Positions 1-12,898 are shown, numbered from the stretch's first letter. The stretch: DNA of 58,581 bases from Paraphysomonas bandaiensis (GCA_965644295.1 CBFFRP010000237.1:1-58581); one strand, 5' to 3'. Numbers and translations: made by a program. The notes: generated by a model not told the origin, from the letters alone.

Positions 1-392
1 CAGGGATGATAAGACCAACAATGTTAGTCATGACGAGTCTCAATCACCCGTAGTCGATACATCACGATCTAATACGGTCAGTATATTTCAGTTTCACTGC
101 TATAATGACTATATCATATCTGCTAACAGTTCATGTAATACTGTATTAATATTATACGAATTGAATATAATCCTACAACTGAATCACTGCCAGCTTCTGC
201 TTCAAGCAACGGTCATAATTCAAATACCTTAGAAGCAGCAAAACTTAACAAACTGAGCGTTGATACTACCATCCGATCCTATATAGTCACCATCATATAC
301 AGTCAATTTATTTACCACAGTAAGCGATTCAAAATATAAAAGTAGTTTCACTTTTATTTCTATTTATTGTGTATTACATTTGGCAAAGCCCG

Positions 393-1433
393 TCAACTGG
401 ATTTCTGATGCTTCCACGGTGAAACAATTCTACCCCCAAATGATTCGAAAATAACAAGTAAACCCGACACACCAGCAAGTATGGTAGATACCAATCGAAA
501 GTTGTTGCTTGAAATGCTCTTGTGTACATTGTCGTCCTGTCTCTTCTCAGAGGATTTCAGAGAGTCGAACAGCTCCTTCCTGAGCTCGCTGTGAGAGCTA
601 TGAAGCCAGGACTCCGCAGCCTTCTGGTCATCAGATATTTCTTTCATTAGATCAGCTTGATTCGACATAAGGCGGTTCTCAGCGACTTTTCGCGCTTCCG
701 AAAGCTCCTTCTTGAGCTCCGCTTGTGCAGCCTGCAGTCGACTTTCTATTGCCTTCTGAGATTCCGATAATTCCTTTTTAAGCTCTACTTGCGCTGTTAG
801 TACTCTGTTTTCTGCTACTTTATGGTGATCTAGCAGCTCTTTCTTCAGCTCTGCTTGCGCTGCATAGAATTTATCATCTGCTATTTTCTGAGCTTCTGAA
901 AGATCACTTGCAACACTGACTTCAACACGCTTTTCGACATTCTTTATTGCGTCATAGAGCTCGTTTTTCAAAACAACCTGCGAAGAATTTATTTTTTTCT
1001 CTGCTTCCTTTTGAGCATCAGTAAGCTCTTTTTTGGCAGAGCTCTGGTTGGTCACTATGCGCTCCTCTGTTTGCTCCTGTAACTCCAATAGTTCACTCTT
1101 TAATGCCTCTAGTTTATGCCTAAATTCCGTTTCAATATCTTTTTGCGTTTGCGCAAGATTACGGAGTAGTTCTGACTGAAGGCGACTATATGCAGCGGCC
1201 TGCTCATCAGTGAGTCTTGATTTCATATCCATTTGTTGGGCATGTAATCTTTCTTCAGAGGATGCTTGGGCTACTTGGAGTCGATTTTCAGTTGCGATTC
1301 GATCGGCATTTAAACGCATTTCAATTTTATGCAGGTAGTCTCCTAGCGGCATCTCAACCTTCGAGCATAAACCTCGATAGGCACCAGCACATGACAACTG
1401 AATCAAACGGCATCGTCGATATCTGGAAGACAT
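393..1433 (-). CDS. Coiled-coil protein with 22-aa repeats and C-terminal membrane anchor (CCDC90/DUF1640-like architecture), probably mitochondrial
   Basis: 346-aa single ORF. Arg/Ser-rich N-terminus without acidic residues. About 8 repeats of the type LKKELSEAQKAAENRLQAAQAE. Hydrophobic LVSTILAGVSGLLVIF near the C-terminus. Confidence 0.75.
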   Translation of the reverse strand: MSSRYRRCRLIQLSCAGAYRGLCSKVEMPLGDYLHKIEMRLNADRIATENRLQVAQASSEERLHAQQMDMKSRLTDEQAAAYSRLQSELLRNLAQTQKDIETEFRHKLEALKSELLELQEQTEERIVTNQSSAKKELTDAQKEAEKKINSSQVVLKNELYDAIKNVEKRVEVSVASDLSEAQKIADDKFYAAQAELKKELLDHHKVAENRVLTAQVELKKELSESQKAIESRLQAAQAELKKELSEARKVAENRLMSNQADLMKEISDDQKAAESWLHSSHSELRKELFDSLKSSEKRQDDNVHKSISSNNFRLVSTILAGVSGLLVIFESFGGRIVSPWKHQKSS

Positions 1434-1580
1434 TCCACAAGTAGAACCACTGATGAATGAGTGTGCAGTCTCAATTATATAATAGTTCTATCCGAATATT
1501 AGAAAAGGCAGAGAGAGTGCTCCAACATGCCTTTGACGATGTTCAGATCTGGTCTGGGAGATGGATGCGTATGATTATGC

Positions 1581-1626
1581 ATCTACACACATATCTACAC
1601 ACGCATCTACACATACATCTACACAA
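1581..1626. repeat. Short 12-bp tandem repeat (ATCTACACAC core), 4 copies
   Basis: atctacacacat atctacacacgc atctacacatac atctacacaa. Confidence 0.8.
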
Positions 1627-1920
1627 CTGATGTATATATAGTAACTTTTATACTGTGTATTCCTCTCTATTCCATTACTGTACCGGAATACTGGTATACT
1701 GGTGTACTGTACCCATGAGCAATGCAGCAGTACATTCTTTTTAGCCGATCGTAGTTGGGGTATACCTATTGCTGTATGCATCTGTAGTTCCTCCTCAGCA
1801 CTTCACTGCATCCATCATACATTAAAATCCGTGTTGTTCTTGCAGTACATAGACATATATCTTGATCTTCAGTTGCCTGCTCGCGACTTCTTTCGAAGTA
1901 TTATCACTTATATTCAGCGG

Positions 1921-2235
1921 ATGTTAAAGCACGCCTCTGCCTTATTTAGACGACCTACTTATTCGTTTTCGTCTTGTTCTCGAACTGGTTGTGCGAGCCA
2001 CTCATCCCGTCGAAGTTTTTGTACTTCCAAAAGCAACAGTGAGCAGCCTGACGGTAGTGATGATGAAGTGCATCCACATTGGAAAGCCATGGAATCCAGG
2101 GTGATCAATAGAAAGCCGAAGAAAAGAGGGGAGGCTCATTTCGGACATTCATCAGTTCCCAAGAGTGAGGAAGACTACTGGGCTGATGCTGGCGCTTATG
2201 ATTCCCATCAACGAACGAGAAACGATAAAAAATAA
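1921..2235 (+). CDS. Small uncharacterised protein with mitochondrial-type presequence (104 aa)
   Basis: ATG at 1921 (MLKHASALFRR...RRSFCTS). The presequence-like leader is followed by a protein-like block HPHWKAMESRV...SEEDYWADAGAYD. Divergent from the 393-1433 gene. Confidence 0.65.
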   Translation: MLKHASALFRRPTYSFSSCSRTGCASHSSRRSFCTSKSNSEQPDGSDDEVHPHWKAMESRVINRKPKKRGEAHFGHSSVPKSEEDYWADAGAYDSHQRTRNDKK

Positions 2236-3442
2236 TCAGATTATTCAGATAGCGTAGGTATCACGTAATGCTTTTGAAGATATGTATTTATGACACTTAT
2301 GCATGATACATGAGTAAATTAATGTACCTAGTTGTATAAATACTTGAGAGTTAGTGGAACGACACTGTTGGTGATAAAATTTATGCGTGTGAATATTTCG
2401 ACTTGTTGCACCTTTCCATACTGTACTCCGTTGAAGTAGGTATTTTTCGGAATGTATATTTACTATATATAATATATACAGTGTTTTTTATTGTGTCACA
2501 GCTTTGACTCAATGTTATGTATTTAGAATATTCAGGAACGATCTGTTATGATCGGCTTATCTGGTGCTCACCTTTCATTATTGTATATACCCAACGCTAA
2601 ATCAATATTATAGTAGTAGTATTGGATAGAGGATAGAGTTAGCTATTCTCCTATCTCATATATATATGAAGAGCACTACCAGTGAATATACAACCACCGA
2701 ATCTTATATAGGACACAGGTGGAATTAACGCTTCACTTGTATAACAAGTTAGCACCATATATACGCTCATGCCAAATTAGTCGACCAAGGAGTGGGGTAC
2801 GAATCAGGGCCAGGGTGGTGGAACACTTAAACTTAGAAAATTATTAATAGTAATTGCAATTAAAAATTGCATAAAATTACGTAATAATTACAATTTAATT
2901 GCTCGCTGGAAGGTTGTAATTAAATTACAATTAATTGGCTATTATTTAGTAGTTAGTATGAGGACATAATATTAGAATTAGAACTTGGAAAGCATTATGG
3001 ACGATGGTCATAATGGTTATTATAATGGCTATTAAAGGAAGATTGGCATCTCATAATAATTTCTTTAAATTAAGAACGGTACTTTTCTTTGTACGACCGA
3101 TTATGTTTCCATCCTCTTGGCCTTGAGATACAAGACTAGGTTCAGCTCGATCTGTAGCATATATGTGTAACGCGTAATATTCTTCTAGTTTTAAGATGTC
3201 TATAAGTAATTTGGTAATCACATTCTTACCGGTCCTGCCTTACAGGATACTGCAGGATTGACGTGCAATATGAACTACGAATCATATGGACGTGCAGCGG
3301 TATGTACATGCTATTATCAGGGCTTATATTATGCAGTCGAAATCATGAATATTTAGTGTTTTTTGGTCATGATGTAAATAATATACTCGATTATATTATT
3401 ATAGTTATAATTTACAATATCGTGTGTATCATTAAGCTAGAA

Positions 3443-4260
3443 ATGTCTGACAACTTAACAAGGGTGTTTTTTACCCAACTCGAGAACTTTAATGATGGCC
3501 GTCAGAAATGGAAATGCAGAGAAAGACAAAAGTCGTATCCGCGACAAAGAAAAGCAGGATGGTTCAACTTGGCTTAGCATGCAAAGCATCCCGAAGGCTG
3601 GGATGCCAAGGTCAGGGCAGCTTTACGTTGAACTGGTTCCAAGGATTCTAGTGTTGAGAGAAGTTTCTCCTTCCGCTTTTAAAGCGTTCAGATTGTTGGA
3701 GTAAATAACTATGGACGGTCATACATTTTCTTCTGTGGAGAAAGCGTTGACGAGAAAGAATACCAGTCTGTAGCCAATATCAAGAAGAACAATCATGAAG
3801 TGTGTCTGAATGAAAGAAATGTTGCCTATTTTATTTGGCCTAGTTTACAGAATGGTTGGACATTTATGTGCTACAACACACTATATTGCAATGATTGCTA
3901 TGTGGTGTGATATAAAATGCAGATGCACAAAGAGTCTTGCTTTGCTGTGGTGTCTGACGAATACGAGGATGAGGATGACATCAGATTTTGGCAGAATCAC
4001 TTTTGGTGACTATATATATATTAATATTATATATATTATATGCTGGACGAACTTTAATTTGATAAGGGTTGTTAGGGTTAGGACTAACCAATCAATTGGT
4101 TGGGTGTAATCTTACTCTACTACTATAATTGTTGTGTAGAAAGACTTTTCAGTAGAGCAAAAATCCATCATATGGCACCTCATCGATTGGAGGCCCTTAT
4201 GTTCTTGAACTTTAATATAGACTTCTGTGGAATGTAAGTACAGTTGAAGATGCTATTCGT
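3443..4260 (+). pseudogene. Degenerate hAT-like DDE transposase
   Basis: Fragments across frames: KWKC..GWFNL (zinc-finger-like), LE*ITMDGHTFSSVEKALTRKNTSL*PIS, LPILFGLV/NGWT/THYIA, and the dimerisation-domain motif VERLFSRAK..MAPHRLEALMFLNFN..WNVSTVEDAI (4135-4257). Stops, frameshifts and a large internal deletion. Confidence 0.75.
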
Positions 4261-5543
4261 ACTTATAATAAGTAGTCAATTTAATTTTATCCTCCTATTG
4301 CCAGCACAGATCCTAAAATGAAAGGGTTTGTAGCCTTCGGAGCTGCAACAATAGGTGAGGCATATGGACTTCTGCTTGTAGTCTACAAAATATTTACTCA
4401 TTCTCTGATATTCCTCTTTATTTCTCTGATATACAGTGCAGGTGTGGAATTCTTCTTATATTCTTCCAATATGTGATTGGACACTGTAACATTTAGTAAC
4501 GCAACTCTCACTTATCACCAGGTGCAACTGCGAAATTACCTGATGGGCGGCAACCAACTGGTGCACGCCTGCCTCTTGCAGCACTAACACTTAGAGATTA
4601 AGGACTATAAAGAGACTATTCTGGATCGTATTAAGCCTAATGAGTTTGAATTCGATCTCCGCTCTTGTTTGATATATTCTATCATAGTATATTGAATAAA
4701 ACGAACCGAATCCACGAACTATCTTCCACCAAGATTTTGGTGTACTGGGGTTTTGGTATACAGGATTAATGAAACAAAGTCGATTATATTACTACGATTG
4801 CCATTAATTGAAGGAGACAGCCTCCATTCCGATAAGGGACAATATATCATGCCGTGTATTGGCGCCCACATGAAATGAGCCGATATATAATTTGCTGGCA
4901 TGATGAATGCTCATGGATGGAAGATGATGCGTGCAACAATATAGAACGCATATATTTAATTATTATCTTGTGCAAAAAAAGTACATAAAATTCCCGGACT
5001 CTTCGCACGACTATCGACTTTATACGACGTATTGTACTATAATGAGATATATATCTTGTTATATCATACATCATCTATCTGGCAGTGAGTGATGTATTAA
5101 CTACGGTTAAAAAGCAACTACGACAGGCATGTCGTGATAATACCCCAGGATCCAGTTGATACTCCAGACCCAATAGAGCACCACTAGAACTACCATAGCA
5201 GAAGACGTAAGGGCAAAACAATGCTGCACAACTAACGTGTTACTTCATCTCTCGTCTAATTTTTTTGAATAAGATATATACTTTTATATTCCAAATAAAT
5301 AAATTGATGAAATTGTAGTAAAAGTAGCAGTTGAAAAAAGCTTTTATTTTCTCATAATATTATTTGCTGGGTTCGATAAACGATAAACTACCACTTTCCA
5401 CTTTTACACTATATTGAAATTAGAGTGAATTGAAGCAGGAAGAAGGTAAACAGACGTGTTAGCAAAGGAAAACACAACGACGGTAACACTTGAAGATTTG
5501 AAAAATGGTGGAAATATAAGATATTGATCGCCAAGCATTGTAT

Positions 5544-6959
5544 TTACACGTGTGAATACAAAGACTGTATGGCATTTTCAATCCAATCACGATGAACGTC
5601 CTCAACACAATCCACTTCGTCATGCAAATCATAAACAACCAATGCAATAGCTCCACTCCTGTTTCTATATTTTTCAATATTGTGCCATCGCACATCTCGG
5701 TGCACCTTGCCTTTCTCCCTGAAATGGGATACCAATACTTCCAGTTATTCATCTTTGTACTGCTCACGCTCTGACTCCAGTACCGTGGAGAAGTGTGGCA
5801 TGATCAACGCATCAGCTCCAGACCAGTGTTCTAGCCTGACCATAGTGGAGAACTCTGGATAGAGCAAGTGCCACATATGTCTCTCTTTTGCTAACTTTTC
5901 GCTGCGGCTATGCTTATTGTCGAACTTAAGAACGCATAACGCAGAACATGGCTGCGTGACAGTTACACACAGCCAAGCTTTTCCCGTTGATACGCGACCT
6001 AGGTCCTCCAAAGCCACCAACGTCTTGACATTCTTGTTCGGATATTTGTCATCATCTACCTTTGAACATCTTCATAAGACACGGAATGGAAGGTTACTGC
6101 GTGCATTCCTTTGCGGAATTTCAACAGACATCTTTTGTTTCATTAGGGTGGTGAAGGATGCTTCTGGTGGATCAACATGCGCCAATGCACCAGAGTCAAC
6201 AGGAAACCATGAAACTAGCCACTCCTCGGCAGTGGTTAGGATGCCAATCACTGGTCCCATACCATAAAAGCCCTCTACCAACAATATTTGATCCATTAAT
6301 TTACTCAGAACAGTAGACTGAAGGAGCACATTATATCCAGGCTTCTTGACTTCTACCACACCCACCAAGTACATATCCATTGCAAGTACAAAAATATCTG
6401 GTCGAATTGCTTTATTGTCACTTCCGCATTGAAATCTAACAGAATATTTAGCGCCAACAATATATCTTCCAAGAATCTTCTGACAAAGTACGCGACATCA
6501 TCTTTTGAGCTGTAGTACAAGAACTTTCCATGACCACCTCGTCTCGTGTGAGCCTTTCTCCAAATAGTATTAGCAGCATTTAAAACTTCGTCAGGAACTG
6601 AGGGAAAGAAAGGTAAATCCATCTCAACGCGACTACATGAAGCGTGCTCCTTCTCACTGGGAACAGAAGGCGGAGAGAATGTTATATTTTGCTGAAGTTC
6701 TGGAATACCATCCTTCAGCTTTCCACATACCGTAACATAGAAACACAAATGAATCACACGAATACAAGTATGCTCATTTTTTACTTCCAGACAGAGCCTT
6801 CTTCTCATCCAGCAGTCTGTTGAGAGTCTCAGTTCGAGAGTTAATTAACTGACGGGTTTCGCTCTTCTCTTGGGCAGTGGTGGCGTCGGAATCCAACTCA
6901 GTTTCATATTTGGCCATTCTAGCCTTTAAATAAGCGATTTCCTTGTCCAGTTGAGCCAT
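5544..6959 (-). pseudogene. Crinkler-like protein pseudogene: helical N-terminal header, PD-(D/E)xK nuclease-like domain, kinase-like domain
   Basis: IRPDIFV...VGVVEVKKP and GILTT..W (REase-like). DLGRVSTGKAW, CVLKF, VHRDVRWHNI, VYDL (kinase-like). Frameshift near 6407; in-frame TGA 6072-6074 and TAA 5745-5747. Confidence 0.7.
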
Positions 6960-8046
6960 TTTCTCTGGTTATTGTTGTGAGTGATAGACAATGTGTTTCC
7001 ATATTTAGTTGCTGCTCAGTTTAGGTGAGAATTTAGCTACTTCGTAAGTCGGCCCAAGGGCTGTCATTATACTGCTGTAGGCCTACACCCGATTGAAAAA
7101 AAAAGTGAATGCAGTGATGCAGTCATACACAGTGTACTGTATGGTATCGGTATCATGTATATGGTATATACGGTATAGTTGTCTATCTCATGCATGTTTG
7201 TGTACTGGGGGAATTATCATAATATAATATTGCTACTGCTATCTCTGCTGTATATCCGTCTGCAGTGTATCACTACATGTATCTACAGCTCTTCATTATC
7301 AACAGATCTGGGGGTTTGGTGTACAACAAGGTGGCTACTGAAAACACTGTTGTAACTATTAATTATGTCAACAGAACCTTTCCCCGAATGCACCCAACCT
7401 TAATATTAATGACTGGCTTCGTCTAGGATCTACATTCCATGGTTTGCATGCTATAGCATCACAGGTACATTGGTATATCTGCTTCTCATTTGCGTCAACA
7501 GGTCACTTCTGATTATAGGTTGCACCGGTACTATCGACGGGAATAGAGAGACTAGAAACAGATACATTGGTGCTTCAATGTTTTCAGTCATTGACCGGAG
7601 CAAAATTCGTGGTGACCGCGACCCCTGGCACGGCAGAATTGGACTCATTGTTACAAAGCATCTATGAAATATATGCAGACTATGTTTTGAAGGTACAATG
7701 CCTCTCCTTATGACTATGTGATGTGTAATATGCGGCCTCTAGAACCCTTTTTATGAAATGGATATGCCTATTCGGTGCGAATTATTTAACAAACATCTGG
7801 AGACCCTCATCCAGAGAACCACCGCTGGCTCAAAGCGTAGACAAGGCTAGTGACTGACGTGTATTTCATGTTCTTGCAGTGGTGGGAGTATAGATAGTGA
7901 ATATCTTGTAGTTTTCAATAGCTCTCTGACTAATTTGTTTGTAAGTAAATTCAAGAGTAGTATATACATTTTCTTGTACAGCGTGAGTCCCGATATATAG
8001 TATGGGTTCACGATTCGACCAGTTGCTTCGACGGTGTCATTTTTAA

Positions 8047-8210
8047 ACCTACTAAATTTCCATTTGTTCCTACTAAAACGTCAGTTGAGCCGCATTGAAG
8101 TTTAGTAGAATTGATAAAAATTAACTCAGTAGAAACACCTGCAAAATTTAGTAGGAGCAAATGATACTTTTAGTTTAGTAGGAACAAATGAAAACGTTAG
8201 TAGGGACAAA
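8047..8210. repeat. Foldback/MITE-like segment with repeated CCTACTAAA / TTTAGTAGG motifs
   Basis: catttgttcctactaaa (8061-8077) is the exact reverse complement of tttagtaggaacaaatg (8174-8190). Several further copies of the core are present. Confidence 0.6.
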
Positions 8211-8261
8211 ATATTTCCGGTTCCTTTGATTTTTGAACTGTGTATACGTGTATACTTGGTT

Positions 8262-9574
8262 TTAACCACACTCACCATCACAGCACAAAAAACACTGTTG
8301 TTATGTACGAAAAAAACGTAACAGTCAATTCGGACTCGACTCAAATGAAGTATGTGAAATTCATATGACAGCAGCGGACAACACTCCCAGTGACCCAATC
8401 ACAGGGCAAAATGATGTGCAGGTAACTTCATTATATTCGACTCATTCTTATACTTAAAGATGTCTCCAAAGGAGAGCAGATCCAATACTAAAGAGCGCAT
8501 ATAGAGAAGGCTGCACAACAAGCCAAAATAGGGGCTGAGTCGAAGAAGGTTCAAAAACAGTGGAAGCGGATCGGTTCAGACCTTCTCAGTCAATATCCAA
8601 CGTTAGAGCTGCGAAGGCTAACGCACCAGAGCATATTTCTTTAGTTTGTTACACCTGCACTTGTCACGACAATTGCCCGAGATATAGATCCTGAGCACCT
8701 CTTTTTCAACAGAGGAAACTCTGTGTTGTTCACTGTGAGTAAGATATAACAAGATGCGTGCTATTTGGATTCGTATTTATGGCGAACGATTCGTGTTTAC
8801 TGGTGTCCAGAATAAGGTCCGTCCACTGTGTTCAGGACTGGAATAATACCGAAAAGAGTTCAGAAGAAATTATCCTACGATTTCGTCGTTTGGCATACTA
8901 TTTGCCGAAACATTCACTTCCAACTTTACGTTTGACAAGCTTCACTCTGAAGATGTCTCCTTGAAGTTTAAGAGTATTCGTAGAGGGATTATTAATCCGA
9001 AGCAATTCCTGCGTTGACACGATTGGTGCAGCACGGAGTAGATATGTGGGGAAAATGGAATGGGTATAGAACAAAAGAAAGAAGCAAACAGTTGTGCACG
9101 CTCATAGGAAAGATGGGAAGCAACACACAGTATTAAGTAATAATGCGTACACGAGGCGGACAACCAAGGCCTCGACATCATATATGTATTCCTGTGCGTG
9201 ATGACTATTACAAGCTGTTTTATGCCTATTATAACAAATACAACAAGCAAATCAAACAGAGGGTATGACCACACAGGGATGGTTGCAATGGGCGTTTGGG
9301 TGAGGCGGGAAAGCATAATTCGTTTATGTTTGATTGTGTAATAGAAAACACTGGCAACGCATATCGTCATATATATAATGAATGTCGATTCCGAAGATTT
9401 TGAGTACTTTGGTTATATTGTCAAACTCTAGCAAATGATTTGTCTGTGTATGCAAGCACACTCTCTGATAGTAAATAATTTAGTAGAGTAATACATTAAA
9501 TTTAATTGATTAGGACGTAAATATATTACTTCTTATAAGTGTGGTTACTGACTGTGGTTAATGAGTGTGGTTAA
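8262..9574 (+). mobile_element. Degenerate TIR DNA transposon, piggyBac-like
   Basis: Inverted ends TTAACCACACTCA (8262-8274) and TGAGTGTGGTTAA (9562-9574). Internal broken coding remnants (CYLDSY; GKWNGY; IPVRDDYYKLF..NKQIKQRV*PH) recall protist piggyBac-type transposases. Confidence 0.5.
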
Positions 9575-9799
9575 GACCATTATCGTCATATATATAATGA
9601 ATGTCGATTCCGAAGATTTTGAGTACTTTGGTTATATTGTCAAACTCTAGCAAATGATTTGTCTGTGTATGCAAGCACACTCTCTGATAGTAAATAATTT
9701 AGTAGAGTAATACATTAAATTTAATTGATTAGGACGTAAATATATTACTTCTTATAAGTGTGGTTACTGACTGTGGTTAATGAGTGTGGTTAAGACCAT
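9362..9799. repeat. Perfect 219-bp tandem duplication including the right TIR of the piggyBac-like element
   Basis: 9362-9580 and 9581-9799 read identically. Confidence 0.95.
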
Positions 9800-10009
9800 G
9801 ACAAGCGACATGCTATTCGTTTCAGGTATAAACTATCCATTTGTTTGGAATAGTCACTGTGCTGTCTATAATTCCCCAATTACCACCAACACCAAGTGAC
9901 GGGATCAGGGTTGTGTGAGCATTATCATGGGTTTGCTACCCGGTTACGTCAGTAGAAATAACTCCATCTTCCATACGCACAGGCAGTATTGGTCAATGTA
10001 AGGACGGAA

Positions 10010-10255
10010 CATATAAGTTGGAGTGTTAGATGATGTGCTCTTGATAGTTGGTTCTTGATTGTAGTTCATCTTTAATTGTGTAATATAATGAAATCACGTA
10101 CATATGACTGTCGATATCATAATTAGAATAGAATGTTGAACCGAATATTGAAGTTGAGTGTTTGTACTTTCCCGGTGCTCATATGAGCGTTCTGTTGATC
10201 CTAATTAAAGCTAAAAAGGCGTTTTTGAGAAAAAGTGGGGGTAATTTTATAGAAC
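10010..10255 (+). repeat. Dispersed repeat, copy 1 (copy 2 at ~37498-37750)
   Basis: Shared blocks tataatgaaatcacgtacatatga, tgttgaaccgaatattgaagtt and cccggtgct.atatgagcg in the same order. Confidence 0.8.
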
Positions 10256-10552
10256 GAATTAGCTGATGTACACTGTACAAAGTAGGATTATGGGCTCAAT
10301 GCACGGGTAGGAAAAGCAAATAGGTCATAGGAATAATTTTAATCACCTGTTGAAGAAAATGAGATCATATTATATTAACAAATACACTTGAGTTGATGTC
10401 ACTCTGTATACGTGAATAGCAGCCACAGGGCAAGGTAAATAGTATTGAGTAAATGAAAATATTAAAAATTAAATTAATTTGAACATAATAATACCACCAC
10501 GTAAATATGTATAATTTTTTGAGAGTAAACCACCGCGTCCATAAATAGTAGC

Positions 10553-12040
10553 CTAGCGAAGCAGTGTAATTCCGAGCTCTTCGCACATTTCAAACATCAC
10601 ATCTGGCCAAGGTGTACACGAAACCTCCCCAATATGGGCTTTTCCCAGAAGAAGCATATAAAGTCTCTCCAGTCCAATACCACCACCTATCGCACTTGGA
10701 TACTCGTTATTTAGAAGCTGGGAGTGGTACGGAAAGGAGGCAAAATCAGTTTGTCCACTGAGATTGAGTTGAAAATGAAGTTCGGGGGCATCCACTCTGA
10801 TTCCCATTGATGTCAGTTCATGTCGGCGCTGTGTTACAGAATTCCATACTATCATAATCAATCAAATATTTAGCGATAGGGTGGAGCACTGAATTACCTA
10901 GTATATCACCGTTGATGCCATGATACTCCTCCCCATCTGGACCTCTCACACCATTGCAAGTACTCCAATCTATTCACATTCATAAGTGCTATGTAATTAA
11001 TGTACTTCACAGTATTATTTACGAAATACATTTGTACATTGAAACTTACCGTCATAGTCAGAGGCACGCATTTCGTGAGGAAAGCCATCGTTCAGAGTCC
11101 ACCCTATGCCGATCAGGAAAATTGCTTTGTGTTCTTGTAGAATCTGCATTACGTAAATAACTCATATGTATTTTGATTTAGGCATTGCATAATACTTATA
11201 TGATAATTCATTATGATTTGAATATCAAAGCAAGCGCGAATACTATCCTAATATTTTGTATATTTGCAATAATACAATAACTGACTACTTACAACAGTTT
11301 CTCTTTCTTTGCGAGGTAAGTCTGGGTACTGTGCTAGCAATTCCTCCGCGTGCATGAAGTGAAGTTCTTCAGGGAGTTGAGACTGAGGCATTCTTTGCAC
11401 CAAATCGGGAAAAAACTCACGTACTTTTTTCTCAGCCGCCACAACTGCACTCCAGATTCCTCGTACTGTCTCCTTCAGATAGGTAACCGTTCGCTGATCT
11501 CGAGATATAGCCTTTTCCCAATCAAACTGGCTGACAGTTGCAGAGTGGTCGTGATCAAGAAAATAGCCTGTACGAATGGCTTTCATATCGGTTACCAGGC
11601 CTTGCCCTGTATCAAAGCCAAATTGTTTTAGGGCAAACCGCTTCCATTTTGTAGCCGCTTGAACAACTTCTGCATCAACTGGCGACTCCCCTGCATTCTT
11701 GATTGTGAATGAAACTGGCTTGCGGGACCCATCTCTATCTAGATAATCGTTCATTCCAGATATGGTGGAGACAATAAGCGGAACAGTGACCTCTTCCAAG
11801 TTGAGGTTGCGACATAAATGGGTTTTCAACGTCTCCTGAATACCGTGATTATGAACAGCATTTTACAACAACACAAACCTTAATCAGTTGTATGGCCTTC
11901 TGGGTGTCTCTTGGGCTCAGAGAGGGGGTATAGTTCCTGGGAAGTACTTCTTTTAGACGACAATATGTCGACATACCTGGACCTGCGAGATCCGCCTGCT
12001 TCAGCCGCTGGATAACATCGTTCTCTGTTGAATAATTCAT
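10553..12040 (-). CDS. asnA: Aspartate-ammonia ligase (asparagine synthetase A), 5 exons, 388 aa
   Basis: Exons 12040-11879, 11835-11293, 11143-11050, 10969-10898 and 10848-10553 are joined by GT-AG introns (43, 149, 80, 49 nt) into one 1167-nt frame. Motifs: [90 protein letters not shown]. Confidence 0.95.
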
Positions 12041-12578
12041 CTAGGTGAGTCGTGGTTCAGATAGTTATAGTATATTGATATTGATATGACAGATAACAAT
12101 AAAATAAGAGCTCCATCTCTATTAGTCTACTCACGTATCCATATATGTACATTCAACACCACATTTCAAACTTCAACACCTAATGAAGTTCGAAGGGTCC
12201 ATGCAGCCCCATATCGGATATCTATACTGTGTATGTATAACTTGGTATTGATACATCAAAGTTGAATTGAACACCATCCGCCGCTTCACTTCACTCTGAG
12301 ATGAGAACAAGAAAGTTCAAAGATCTCTTGAAGGGCTTCTGGACTTGACTTCGGAGTCCGAAAAATCTGTTTCTGGGCCCGGAATATGTCGATCAGGCAA
12401 AAAAGTCCCCTTTTTTCAACCGGATTTTTTCACTGATTCCATACGATAATGATGTTATTCCGTGATATCTATAGATATTCCCACAAACACAACCTGAAAA
12501 ACCAATTGCTGTTCCTGCAGCTGGTGTACCCTACGTGCTATGCCGTAGCACGTCTACAAAAATTCGTGATATTTTTTA

Positions 12579-12753
12579 GGGTCACCCCATACAAGGTCAA
12601 TACTCGAGAAATAGAAAAACTCGACTTTTGCCGAACAATATGACTGTGATCAGTATAAAACTCGAGTTTCTCAAAAGACGAGTTTTGCAATTCTCGAGAA
12701 ATTTGCTTGTATGGAGGCACTAAAGTCGAGTTTTGGCCTTGTATGGATGGCCT
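12579..12753. mobile_element. MITE (possibly PIF/Harbinger-like) in the asnA-asparaginase intergenic region
   Basis: ~29-bp imperfect TIRs gggtcaccccatacaaggtcaatactcga / tcgagttttggccttgtatggatggcct. Internal repeated CTCGA motifs. TSD not clean. Confidence 0.65.
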
Positions 12754-12898
12754 TCGGTGGTATAATTGCATAATTGCATAAGTGCTGTAGTACAGCAGCA
12801 GTGTGTCGTTTGTGTGGGTGTGACGTACGCTGCTGAGACGGAAGAATGTGATAGCTATCATTTTGGTCACACCTTACTACCTCCTCTATGAGCACTAC

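Noticed and set aside
12848-12898. ORF-track N-terminal extension of the asparaginase (and similar GTG/TTG starts at 1702, 29534, 39524, 48766)
   Set aside because: These are non-ATG starts from a prokaryote-style caller. The first ATG or an upstream exon gives better eukaryotic models.
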